DNA of 63,885 bases, counting the filler, from Olpidium bornovanus S191 (taxonomy: Eukaryota > Fungi > Olpidiomycota), in NCBI GenBank assembly GCA_017911155.1. It is 28 parts of 28 records of this genome, joined end to end, with 100 filler letters (N's around TTAATTAATTAA, not from the genome) between each part and the next. Parts side by side here need not be neighbours in the genome. Positions count along the whole stretch, not along the records: positions 1 to 2,639 come from JAEFCI010001527.1; positions 2,740 to 6,034 come from JAEFCI010008228.1; positions 6,135 to 9,253 come from JAEFCI010010908.1; positions 9,354 to 10,462 come from JAEFCI010010233.1; positions 10,563 to 11,807 come from JAEFCI010000642.1; 23 more parts are not named here. The stretch is one strand, 5' to 3'. The position numbers and the translations under genes are program-made. Position 1 is the first letter of the stretch, and the number at the start of each line of letters is the position of its first letter. This document shows, one piece after another, positions 1-10,619 of the stretch. The notes under the pieces are model-generated. The model was not told where the DNA came from, ran no database searches, and saw only the letters and a program-made list of their open reading frames with translations.

Positions 1-238
1 CATGGTTCTTTCTCTTCTGCTCTACTTCTCCGGCGGTAAGCTCTGCGCTCGTGGTCAGGGCTGTCCCGCTGGGCTCATAACCTGCTGGAGCCAAGCCGAA
101 GAATTGCGCAGGCCCAGAGAACGCCGCGAGTCTGCAAGAACTGGAAGGGAAGGAGAACTTTGCATTCGGGGGCGTTTGTTTACTGGTTTTTCCCCTGTGC
201 CCTATTTGATATGGCGGCGACTAAGGAAAATCTACGCA
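1..238 (-). mobile_element. LTR retroelement 5' end: half-tRNA PBS plus tentative short LTR
   Basis: Minus strand reads ...CAGCA-GGTTATGAGCCC (PBS at 71-82) and runs to ACCATG at the contig edge; LTR 5' boundary tentative (TG at about 238). Confidence 0.65.
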
Positions 239-284
239 GGGGTAATAACGCGGGCTGGCGTGCGCGCGGTGCGTCTACGGCTCA

Positions 285-321
<37 letters not shown>

Positions 322-1462
322 ACCCCCTGTTTATTCTACTTGCGGGCCATCGTCACCCGCCGGCTCTGATCGAGGCACAATGCGGGCGTCAACGAGAAGC
401 ACGTATGTCGCCAAAGGGCCCTTTTTTTATTTCGCGCATGAGCTGCCCGCAAAACAAGACCCACTGTTCACACGTTAAAACCCCACCTCCTCTGAAAACC
501 GTGCGGACCTTTTTTTTTTTTTTTTTTTTTTTTTCACAAGCCGGCCCAAACAAACGGCCCCGTTTGGAAGCTCGTTCGGCAAGATCTGCGCCCGGCGAGA
601 TCGAACGAGCTGCGAACGTTCCCCGCAGGAGACCTCCCCCCCCCCCCCCCCCTCCCCCGGTCGACGCGAACGTAGCTTGCGTCACGGATGCGACGCGCCA
701 TGCTGGCTCTCTGTATCGAGATTCTCATCGGGTGTTTAGGCGAGTCACAAACAGGCTGGAACAAACGCAAACCGACGCTGAACCTGCGGAACGCGTTTTT
801 TTTCTCAAACGCGGGGGTTTTTGTTTTTTTTTTTTTTTTTTCCTCGCCCCTCTCTTGTCCTGTGACCGTGGGGTTGTTTCCCCGGCACGGTTTCTGACGG
901 AGGCGGGCCGGCCGACAGTCCGTCTCAACGCCGGTGCTTCCGGTTTGTTTTGACTACATTCTCCCCGTTTTTGTTCGTTTCGGCGGCTCCGCTCGAGGAT
1001 GTGTTTTGGGAACCGCTGGTGTGGCGAAGAAAGAAAAAAAAAAAAAAAAAAGAGGAAAAAAAAAAAAAAAAAAAAAAAAGACTTGGTTTCCCCGAAGCTC
1101 TCCGCGTCGCGCGCGCTTCGCAGCGTTTTCCTTTTGCCTTCTGCTCCTGTCCCGCCTCGCCGCCTTCGTTTCGCGCGCGGCCGCCCCCCTTTTTTATTTT
1201 TTCTCGTTATTTTCCTTTCCTTCCTCACATGCTTTTTGACGTGACCGCCAGATCTCCTAAACAGATATCTTCTTTTTTTTTCGTCACATTCGGCGCTCCA
1301 AAGGCGGGGAGAATACTAGCGCAGCCTGCAGCCGTAAACCTCCTACGCTCGAAATACAACGAAATCCCAAAACAAATGGCGGTTCGACGGGCGGCCGCCG
1401 TTGCACCGGCGGGCGCTTCGAGGGAAGGGGGGGGGGGGGGGGGGGGGGGTCCCGGCGGGGGG

Positions 1463-1508
<46 letters not shown>

Positions 1509-2183
1509 AATTCCCGGATTGGGGGAAGGCGCGCGCGCCGGGCGCTTTCGCGGTCGGGGAGACAGGTGGCGAGCGCCCCCGGCCGCCGTGGACGGGGTGC
1601 GTTTACGGACGAAAGGCGGCAGAGAGAGCTGCGTCGCTGCCTCGGCGTATCCGTGGCTGCGGGGGGGTCCCCTCGCCACCCGCGGGCAATGAGGCGCCGT
1701 TTGAGCCCCGCGGTCGCCGGGCAGCGTTCGCTGGCCGCTTACTTACGCCCGGGAGAGTGTGCGCCGGGCGCGAGTCAGCAGACGGTAAGGGGAAGGAGGC
1801 GCGCCGGTCCGCATACACATAAAGAGAAAGCGGATCTCATTGAACAGAGCTTTCGACGCAATAAAAATCGTGATCCCCCGCGGCCGTCTGATCCTGGCGG
1901 GGAGTCAAAACGCCGTAGGTTGTGATCTCGTCCGCCTTCAGAACAGCGCGTAAAAGCGGCTTGAGCACGAAACCATAATGATACCGGGCGGCCGACGAAG
2001 ACGCGAACGCGACGCCCGGGAGCAATGACGTGCCGCCAGGTCGCCGTTCGTGGGTGCGCTAGCCGGTGGGCGGTTTATTTTATGGGCGAAACTCCCCCCC
2101 TCCCAAAAGAAAAAGGAAGAAAAAAAAAGGCCCGTAACTGCTGAGGAAAAGACAATGGGTGGGCGCAGCCCTCGGAGAATTTA

Positions 2184-2639
2184 CTAATGCGGTATGACGT
2201 ACCCTGGGGAAGTGTATGGTGGGGGCGGAGTGTCGTGGAGGACCTGGGGGGGGTGCTGCTGCAAGTCGTGAAAGAACTGGTCGATCTCCGCGGTCTCAAG
2301 GCGGGCTTGGTGCTGCTGGAGCAGCTGCCTCTGCGCCGCGGCCGCGGCGATGACGTACTGCCGCTGCTGCTGGTGCTGCTGGTTCAGCTGGTGCTGCGAG
2401 TGGGCCAACGCCTGGAGCTGCGGCGGCGCGATCGCGAGCTGCGATTGGCCCCTCGGCGCCATCGGGGGGACGCCGGCCGAACCAGCCATCGTTGATTGCG
2501 GGAGCTGGGCGTATTGCGCCATGGGCAGCACCGGGACGGAAGAGAGCTGCGACACCGACGGCGGCCGGAACAGCGACCCCTGGGCCGCCAGGTTTTGCTG
2601 CTGCTGCTGCTGCTGCTGCTGTTGCAGCGACTGCTGCGA
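2184..2639 (-). CDS. C-terminal exon of a Q/P-rich low-complexity protein (partial)
   Basis: Open frame from the contig edge: polyQ (CAG tract), QHQQQRQY..., ending PPPPYTSPGYVIPH*; no domain recognised. Confidence 0.55.
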   Translation of the reverse strand, partial: SQQSLQQQQQQQQQQNLAAQGSLFRPPSVSQLSSVPVLPMAQYAQLPQSTMAGSAGVPPMAPRGQSQLAIAPPQLQALAHSQHQLNQQHQQQRQYVIAAAAAQRQLLQQHQARLETAEIDQFFHDLQQHPPQVLHDTPPPPYTSPGYVIPH

Positions 2640-2739
2640 NNNNNNNNNNNNNNNNNNNNNNNNNNNNNNNNNNNNNNNNNNNNTTAATTAATTAANNNNN
2701 NNNNNNNNNNNNNNNNNNNNNNNNNNNNNNNNNNNNNNN
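2640..2739. other. Artificial contig linker (44 N + TTAATTAATTAA + 44 N); first of 27 identical linkers splitting the window into 28 contigs
   Basis: Same 100-bp spacer starts at 2640, 6035, 9254, 10463, 11808, 13423, 16950, 21289, 24411, 26081, 27776, 31144, 34635, 36266, 37948, 39152, 40478, 42292, 46129, 47668, 48771, 50125, 52909, 54544, 56677, 58585 and 62755; it carries stop codons in all six frames. Confidence 0.99.
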
Positions 2740-2770
2740 CTCTTTTTTTTCCCCCCCCCCCCCCACCCCC

Positions 2771-5383
2771 TTAACGGCGGTCCTCCGCGTCCCGGGAAAT
2801 GAAAGCGGCCGGATCAGGGAAGGACGGCGGCGGCGGCTGCTGGTGCTGCTGGTGCTCGTACCCGTGAATCTGCGAGGCGCTCTGGCGCGCCTGCTGCTGG
2901 GGGTAGGCTCCGTGCCCGCCCGGCCCCGGCTGCGGGAACGCGGCGGGTTGCGGGAACCGCGCCTGCTGCGCCGGGTAGTCCTGCGTGCGGGGCAGGCGGT
3001 GGTCGCCGTGGCCGTGCTCTTCCTCCTGCGGATACCGCGAACCCGGGTATCCCTGGCCGTGCGCCGCCTGGCCAAATCCCGGCGGGCCCTGCGGTTCCCC
3101 CTGGGAAAGTTCCGGGTAGCCGGTGTTGTGCGCGGACGGGGTCGGCACGTAGCAGGCGCCCGCTTCGGGCGCGGGGACGCGCGGGCCGTGCGCCGCCTGG
3201 CCAAATCCCGGCGGGCCCTGCGGTTCCTCCCGGTGAAGTCCCGGGTAGCCGGTGTTGTGCGCGGACGGGGTCGGCACGTAGCAGGCGCCCGGCCCGGGCG
3301 CGGGGACGCGCGGGCCGCCGCCGCAGCCGGAACTGCCGCCCTCCTCGCTCCTGCGGTTCCTCCCGGCCCGGACGCTCTCCTTTTCCAGGTGCCGTATCAG
3401 CGACGGGTTCTCGTTCGCCCACGTGCGCACGACGTCCAAGAGCCGCTCCTGCAAGGGGGTTTTCCTCGTCCCCAGGTCCGCCGGGTGGAAAAACACCTGC
3501 ATGGCCGTGTCTATGGCGCGCTGCGTGGTCGCCTCGTCGCCGGACGACCACGCTTCGGCGACCGCCTTCACGACCTCCTCCACGATGCACGTGGCGACTC
3601 TCCCTGCCGGCTGTGTTGCGGAGAAGTCAGCTTTTATCCGTCGGCGGCTAAAAATTCGGAGCGCATGTTCCGAGCGTTCCACCTGACGGACCTCGTTGAG
3701 ATACAGGGCAAAGTGATCCTTTGACAGCATCGAATGTGTCGGATCCGAGCATCGCGCGTCGTTGAAGACCTCTTGCTGCTGTTCGGAGCTCAGCAACGCG
3801 TCAGACCCCGCCTCTAGTTTGCCGACCACTTGGCTCAGGAGAGGCTTGACGTACGGCTGCACCCATGACGGTAGGGAAAAAAAAAACGCCCGCGCGGCCG
3901 CCGTCAAAATCCCCCCCCCCTTTTTTCCGCACGTGCGGTGTGCGAACCGGGAGAAAGGCCTCACCTCCAGGCGGGTCAGCATGAAGAGTTGGACAGACTC
4001 CGAAATTTTCTCGGCCAGCCAACTGAGACCCGGAATCTTTTCCACCGTCAGCTCGACGGCCTTGACGATCTTGTCCCTCAGCACGAGGAGACCCCATATG
4101 CGGTCCTTAACCTGGGCCGGGTCTTCGAGGTTGACCGGGGCGCGGTCCACGTCCTCGACTTCCCTCGTCACGTCGCTCATCCCGGGAGCTTTGCCGAGCA
4201 GCTCGACCAATTCCGACGGGCCGCCGGAGCGCTTCGCGTCGTCAATCGCCTTCTCCAGCCCCGTGACCGACGCGGACGACACGTGGTCCGTGGCTTCTCC
4301 GAGCAGGGAGTGCACGAAGTCGCTGGCGCCAAACGTGCCTGTCACGACGGGGTAGACCGGCCTCGGGCGGCCCGTGCGCGCGTCGGCGACGTGCCGGAAC
4401 GCGGCCTGCTCGCCCACGAACGGAAACACGCGCTCGTGGCCCAGCTCGATCAGCGCGAGCTCCACGAAGTTGGAGTGCGCGGGAAAATCTTCCAGCGTGT
4501 GCAGGGCCTGCCCGAGGAGCCGCATGGCCTCGTGCCGGTTTCCGGCCCGGTACTGGTCGATGGACTCCCGCAGGCTCCCCCGGACGTACGCCGAGGAAGT
4601 CGCCCACCCGCCCTGTTCGTTCGCGATGTAGTTCTTCAGGCCCGTGCGCGGGTCGACCTCGAGTTCCCGGGGATCGACGGGGCCTCGGAGGCCCGGGTGG
4701 TGCTGCCTCGCGTCCTGGCCGTCGGCGTAGCCCTCTTAACGCAAATTCGACGAGTGAGAAAAAAGGGTCGCCAAAGCAAAAAGAGTTTTGGCGACCGGAA
4801 GGCAAAAGACCATCCCCTCCCCCCCCTCCCCAACAAAATCCGCTTACTCGGATTGTCGATATGCTCTTCGCACCGGTAACAGCCCAGACGTTGCTCCGTC
4901 ACCTCAAACTCCTCCGTCGCGTAACCGTGGGCGCTGAACCCCAGAACTGCCACGAGGGTAATAAGCGAAGCCAACGGGATGCCCCTGCCGAGGGTTCCAA
5001 CGTCTATGGCCTGAGAATAGTCGCGGAGCCAATTCCCTGGGGAGTGACGTCGGACGACACGCGTCAACCCCCGCCGCGCGGCAGTGTTGCTCACCCCACA
5101 CCGTCTAGTGCGCGAATCCCTGACGGAAATCTGCGCTCTCACCAAAGTAAATGCGCTTGACGTCCATCGTGCCGAACTTCTTGTTCAGCAACGAAAAAGC
5201 GCCCTTCGCCATGACGAGGTCTTTGATGCAGTCCTCGATATCGCCATGGCGAAAGGCCTTGCCCTCAAGCCCGGAAACGGACGCGATATTCCCCGCCCCA
5301 AAAGCGGCAACCGGCGCCGGCAGCCACAGAATCAGCATGCACAGGGCAACTGAGATTGACACCAGCGGAGACCGTTGCGACAT
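2771..5383 (-). CDS. Heterokaryon incompatibility Het-C family protein, multi-exon, with signal peptide and low-complexity C-terminus
   Basis: FGAGNIASVSGLEGKAFRHGDIED; NWLRDYSQAIDVG; LGCYRCEEHIDNP; LLGQALHTLEDFPAHSNFVEL; TGTFGASDFVHSLLGEATDH; GT-AG introns. Confidence 0.95.
3055..3312 (-). repeat. Two tandem 129-bp (43-aa) coding repeats in the Het-C tail
   Basis: GPRVPAP(GP/EA)GACYVPTPSAHNTGYP...PQGPPGFGQAAH x2; DNA period 129 (3055 vs 3184). Confidence 0.9.
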
Positions 5384-5962
5384 TTTCCCGGCTGCTTGTC
5401 TGTTCGTCTGGGCGCCAACCGGTTTTCGGCACGTCCTATTTCTTCTAGAAAACCAAAAGCCGACAGCTGGTCAGAAGAAAGCACGGGCGACAAGTTTCAA
5501 GGTGCGTAACGCAGGTGGAGTAGACGGCAGGATGCAGTCGAGGGTTTGCAAACGGTGATTGTTGGCCGCTTCGGCGCAGGTTCCGGCAGGTGCAACTTAA
5601 AATCCAGGAGAGTCCACCATCGGGTCGGCCGGCGTTCCAAAACGGCGGAAAATCCATACAGGAAAAAAAAAAAACAAAAAAAAACCGCGCCTCAGGCTGC
5701 GGGTAAAGTGTGCTTTGGCAGAAAACTGGGGGTTCGCTCTCAAACGCGGAGGAAGGGGACATGCCAAACAGGAGGCACGCGCCGAAGCAGCAGCGTCCGC
5801 ATGGGAGTAGCCAGGATCGTGCGCTTAACAAAAAAGCGAGGAGGAGGAGGAGCGGACGCCGCATCGAGCAAGATTCGCCGCGAAGCTTCCCCTACCGTTT
5901 CCCGCGCTGTTCGCGTGTCTTCTTCCCCGCGTTGCGGCGTGGCGCGGCGCCTTTCTTTCTTT

Positions 5963-5994
<32 letters not shown>

Positions 5995-6164
5995 CCCCCC
6001 CCCCGCCCGGGGGGGGGTTTTTTTTTTTTTTTCANNNNNNNNNNNNNNNNNNNNNNNNNNNNNNNNNNNNNNNNNNNNTTAATTAATTAANNNNNNNNNN
6101 NNNNNNNNNNNNNNNNNNNNNNNNNNNNNNNNNNCAAAAGGGCCCCCCCCCGGGGGGGGGGGGG

Positions 6165-6199
<35 letters not shown>

Positions 6200-6230
6200 T
6201 CGACCGTAAAATGCGTCCTCAGACGGCCCT

Positions 6231-7040
6231 TTAGACGGCAAAAGAATGTGCATCCCACAAAGGACAAGTGATCTCGTCCTTGGTGACCGCAAACCGATGT
6301 TGAAAGCGCCAACCGCATCCCGCCTAAGCCGTAATGCACTAAAAGCAGATTAGTTATCCGCGTATAGTACGGTGTACATTATTAGAAAAAACCACAAGTG
6401 CCACACTTGAAGGTCTTGCTGCCGCCGATCCTGTGAAACGGGCATTGCTTCGATATGTATTCTTCCGTCGTGATTACCACGTGGTTTGCTTGTAAGGGTC
6501 CGCGAGCGCCTTCGCGACGATCCGTTGCCGAAACGCAAAGCGCGAGCGGTTTTGCATTGCCTTCCGCATCAACGTGCACAACGGCGAAGCCCCGTCTCGG
6601 GGTGGTTCGTTCACGTCGGGCGCATTTCCCATCAGCAGTGGCATCTTCATCTGCGTCCGTCGCCCTCACACCATCTTGGGCGTCACAAACTTAGGTGGCA
6701 CGATGGTGTCGTACTCCCTGATGAGATGGTTGGCGAAGGCGTTGCGTGCCTGCCGGACGTTCGCTTTCACGCGATCGTGGCGGACGCTGATGCGCTTGAC
6801 TCCAAGTTCCAACAACCCCTCGCCTCTCCGGCCCCTCGACCTTTCGGGATCAGAGGATGACGGCAACGTTGAGTCTGTGACAAACTTTCTTAGGCTCTCA
6901 ACCTCCTGATCGGCGATGCGCTGCTCAACGTCGTTCTGCTAGAAGCGCTGCACGGCGGGAACACCACTTACCTGTTGCACCACGCGCAAAACCCGGCGCC
7001 TAATCCCGCCCGCGCCGTCCGTTCGCCTCCGCTTCTCCAG
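6231..7040 (-). pseudogene. Decayed Fanzor2 (IS607-TnpB-derived RNA-guided nuclease) gene, RuvC half
   Basis: In order: SGVPAVQRF (6942-6968, decayed DPGVxxF RuvC-I); ANHLIREYDTIVPPKFVTPKMV; LMRKAMQNRSRFAFRQRIVAKA; VVITTEEYISKQC; IGGSKTFKCGTCGF; RDAVGAFNIGLR (6287-6322); interrupted by stops and frameshifts. Confidence 0.85.
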
Positions 7041-7873
7041 TTACGCATGCCCCCATAATTCTAGGGACGACTTCGTAGATCGAAGGTGGTCCACGAGAGA
7101 GGAAAACACCTTTTGCCCCCCTTGGATGCGCCCGGGCCACGAAAATAGATTCACCGCTTTTTGCTTTCATAGGGGTTCCGGGCGCGTTTAGAGCGCGCGT
7201 GCCACACGGCCGCCGTTGCGCGCTCGACCCTACCCCTCGTGTCCACGTGGATCGCGGGGAACGGTTTCGTCAACAACGCGTGCTATAACGGAAGTCTGCT
7301 GCTGCGGGACGTCTACGTCGCGTAAGCAAAATTAGGGAGGAATGAAGCAATTTCTTTTTGGGCAGGTCAAACTTGCATAGGATGCGAGGCCGCGTTGGCG
7401 CCTTCGCAGCGGGCGGGCTTTGCCGGTAGCCGTCTCACAGGAAGAGTCTTACAAGGATCTACGACGGTGGCGTCATTAAGCCGCCAAATTGATTGCAAGT
7501 GAGAGAATCGGGAAGATGCTTCAGGAGGCCGCCGAACCAAAGCAGCTTCCCGTCGGCCGGGAACGATCATCTTTTGCCTGGACGGTGTCGAGCCGACCGA
7601 AAAGGAGAGCGGAAAAAAAAACATATCTCAGCCCAGCTCTCGCCGGGCAAACCACGATCTCTCTCTTTCTTCCGGGCGCAGTTGGAGTGCCAAGGGTGTT
7701 ACGCGAAGCCTACGGGGAGTCGTAACGGACAAAAATAAGGAAGTTTTGCGTTTAGGAACCCGGCGGGGAACAGGGAAGGGAAGGGAAAAGGATTTTGGAA
7801 ACCGTGGGAGGGCGCGGCAACTCGGGCGAGCGGGGGTCGTGTGGACAATCCGCCTGCGGAACCGTCGCGGCCT

Positions 7874-7911
<38 letters not shown>

Positions 7912-8370
7912 GAACAGTAAACAAAAAAATAGAAACAAAAAATAAAAAGAAAAACCAAAAAGAAAAGTCCGACAAAACCCGCATTTTGCGAGAAGTAGGT
8001 GCAAACTTGCGCTTTTGGTTCGGGGGTATGGGGGTTAGTGGGATATGGGAGGAGGGGCTTATCAAGGGGGTTCGCGTTCGACGAACGCCCCTGCCTTCCG
8101 TTTTGCGGGGAACCTGACCAGCGAAAAACCCCGACTCCACGAAATTCTGCGGTTTCGCCTGAATTTCTTTTTTTTGTATCTACGTAGATCGGAGGGGACC
8201 TCCGGGAAAGATTTTGAGGGGGGGGGGCGGGGGCGGAACGTTTGCCGGACAGGGAATAACGCGGAAAGGCCGCGGACGGTGGCGAAAAGGGAATGATTAA
8301 AAATATATACACGCCCGGTCTTGATGCTCACCGCCGGCGTAAAACTCTTTCTTTTTTTTGTTTTTTTGTT

Positions 8371-8673
8371 TTAATCCTCGGCCTCGTCCTCATCGTTACC
8401 CGCGGCCTCCTTCCGAGCTCCCGGCGGCGGGGCGGCGATCCCCTTCGCGGCGGGACCGTTTTTGTCGAACGCCTGCCTCAGCAGGTCCTTCTGCTGGCGG
8501 TTGAAGTACTTTGGGAAAAACAGCTTGAACTGCAGCACCAGGTCCCCTTTTTCCAAGGGGTTCTTCGAAAGCGGCATCCCCTCCCCCGGGATCACCTTCT
8601 CGTAATCCGGCCTTGGAAATAAAAAAGTAGTTTGCGGTGGTGGTGGTGGGGGGGGGGGGGGGGGGGGAAAAAA

Positions 8674-8708
<35 letters not shown>

Positions 8709-9253
8709 GGGGGAAAAAAGTCGCTGTGAGATGAAAAAAAATTGTGTGCGATTGTTGCCCCGAGTGCAGCAAGGGGCCGCAGCGCCCTGAGTGCGGTGGG
8801 TTCGGGGAAGGAGAAGGGGGGGGGGGGGGAAAGGGGGGCGGCGGGGGGCGGGGGGGGGGGTTGGGGGGGGGGGAGGGGGGGGGGGGGGGGGGGGACTCAC
8901 GTGACGACCTCGTTGACGGGGATGTGGAGAGTCCGACCGTCCAGCGTCTCGACCCGCAGCACAAACCCCGTCAGCGCCTGCACGAGGGGGATCTCGACGC
9001 TGTGGTAAAGGTTCCTGCCTTTGCGCCTGAACCTGGCGTGCGGCTTTTCGTTAATGATAAAGACCACGTCCGCTTGAAGGTCAAGCAAGCGTTATTTTTT
9101 TTAAAAGATGGGAATAAAGAAAATGTCAACCGTTTCGCCCCATTACTGGGTGGTGATCTCTCTCTCTCCCTCTCTCTCTCTCCCGCTCTTCCCCTCTCCT
9201 TCCGTTTCGTTTGCTTTGCGACACAAAGCACCTGGAATGCTGTTTACGCCATG
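8371..9253 (-). CDS. DNAJB13: DnaJ/Hsp40 class B C-terminal part, most like DNAJB13 (radial spoke RSP16); 5' truncated
   Basis: Exons 9232-9253, 8901-9072 and 8371-8611 splice to NSIPADVVFIINEKPHARFRR...LHIPVNEVVTPDYEKVIPGEGMPL...KGDLVLQFKLFFP...KDLLRQAF; subfamily assigned by eye. Confidence 0.75.
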
Positions 9254-9353
9254 NNNNNNNNNNNNNNNNNNNNNNNNNNNNNNNNNNNNNNNNNNNNTTA
9301 ATTAATTAANNNNNNNNNNNNNNNNNNNNNNNNNNNNNNNNNNNNNNNNNNNN

Positions 9354-10462
9354 CATGAGCTCCTCGTCCCTGGCTGGCTGGACCGCGAACTCTTCGTCCG
9401 CCGCCGCCTTGTCCTGTTTCCGCGCCCGCCCGAACGTGCCGGCCTTCGCCGGGAACTTGACCTTGGGCCACTCCTCCTGGTACAGCTGCCACAGCGCGAA
9501 GTACGCCGTCGTCGACGCCAGCACCTCCACCGGCACCTGATCCTGCTTGTAACCGCCCCTCGATTCGAGGAATTGGTACCGGTCCGTTTTGATCTCCGTG
9601 CTGGCCCACGGCAGCAGGTGCGTGAGCGCCTGGTTGAACTCCCTGCAGTAGAGGTTTCCGCTGCTGTGGAAGTCGTACTTCTTGAGGTTGTGGAGGTACT
9701 TGAGACGGCCGGAAGATGCGGGTGGCGACCAGCGGGCAGCTTCAGGTTGGTTGGAGCGTTCACGGCGCCCGCGCCAATTCCAGCTGCCCCCGCACCTACC
9801 AGCCGGTAATTCGGCTCGGTTTTCCGCTTCAAAATGTACATCAACCTCTCCTCCACGACTTCGCGATTGAACCGGTTCTTGCTGTACGCGACTTGCTCGA
9901 GCTCCATTTGCTCGTAGAAGCCTTTCTGTTGGAAGGAGTTAACCGGCGCGGGGGGTTATCGTCCGGTGCCCGTGCGACGCAAGAAAATCATGAAACCGCG
10001 CCGCGGCGCACCGGTCTTCTCGGATACATGACATGCAGCATGTGCCGGTACGCTCTCAAATCCAGAGGATCGTACTTGTCGAACAGGTGGCGCGCCAGGA
10101 TAATGTACTTGTAGCTCGTGTCGTCTTCGCCACTCAGCATTCGAACAAAGAGCGCCACCGCCTTCGGCAAAGCTGCGCACGTCAGAGGCTGCGCGGTGCC
10201 ACCCGTTCCGCACCCCCCCCCCCCCAACCGGCAAGTTCCGCTCACGAGGTTGTCCGATATTAGCTCCATGCTGGAGAGGTAGTCGTAAAGAGCCTTGCGC
10301 GCCACGTCGGGGATCTTGTACCGATCCATCAGGAAATCGTACACGTAGTCATTGAACGACGGTAACTCTTTGTAGTTTTGCTTCAGGTCGCACTCCGACT
10401 CGATGATCCAGTACGTGTCCCAGAGCTCCTGGATGAATGCGCGCAGCTTGTTCACCGGCATG
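9354..10462 (-). CDS. Conserved-looking hypothetical protein fragment, multi-exon, with an EF-hand-like motif
   Basis: Spliced open frames (IQELWDTYW...; FVRMLSGEDD...; EQMELEQVAYSKNRF...KTEPNYRL; KKYDFHSSGNLYCREFNQAL); both ends truncated. Confidence 0.6.
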
Positions 10463-10619
10463 NNNNNNNNNNNNNNNNNNNNNNNNNNNNNNNNNNNNNN
10501 NNNNNNTTAATTAATTAANNNNNNNNNNNNNNNNNNNNNNNNNNNNNNNNNNNNNNNNNNNNACGGCAACTCGAACTAACACGAGTCGCGAACAAAAAAC
10601 GTTTTCTGAAACGACCCAC

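Noticed and set aside
389-1925. Many poly-Pro/Gly/Lys/Phe ORFs in the track here and elsewhere
   Set aside because: They are translations of homopolymer runs or GC-rich antisense frames of real genes
2684-2695. TTAATTAATTAA repeated 27 times
   Set aside because: Always flanked by 44 N on each side; it is an artificial six-frame-stop linker, not a biological repeat
6330-6385. Intron-like AT-rich insert (ACTAAT...TTTTAG) between the zinc finger and RuvC-III
   Set aside because: No GT donor restores the frame without retaining the upstream TAA TAA stops
6939-6971. GTAAGT...TTCTAG 33-nt intron inside the Fanzor
   Set aside because: Very short with no branch site, and the same bases encode the decayed RuvC-I motif, so a chance donor in a pseudogene is more likely
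7040-7200. Possible upstream Fanzor WED/REC sequence (MKAKSGESIFV...IYEVVP)
   Set aside because: Resemblance too weak to support by eye; left out of the feature
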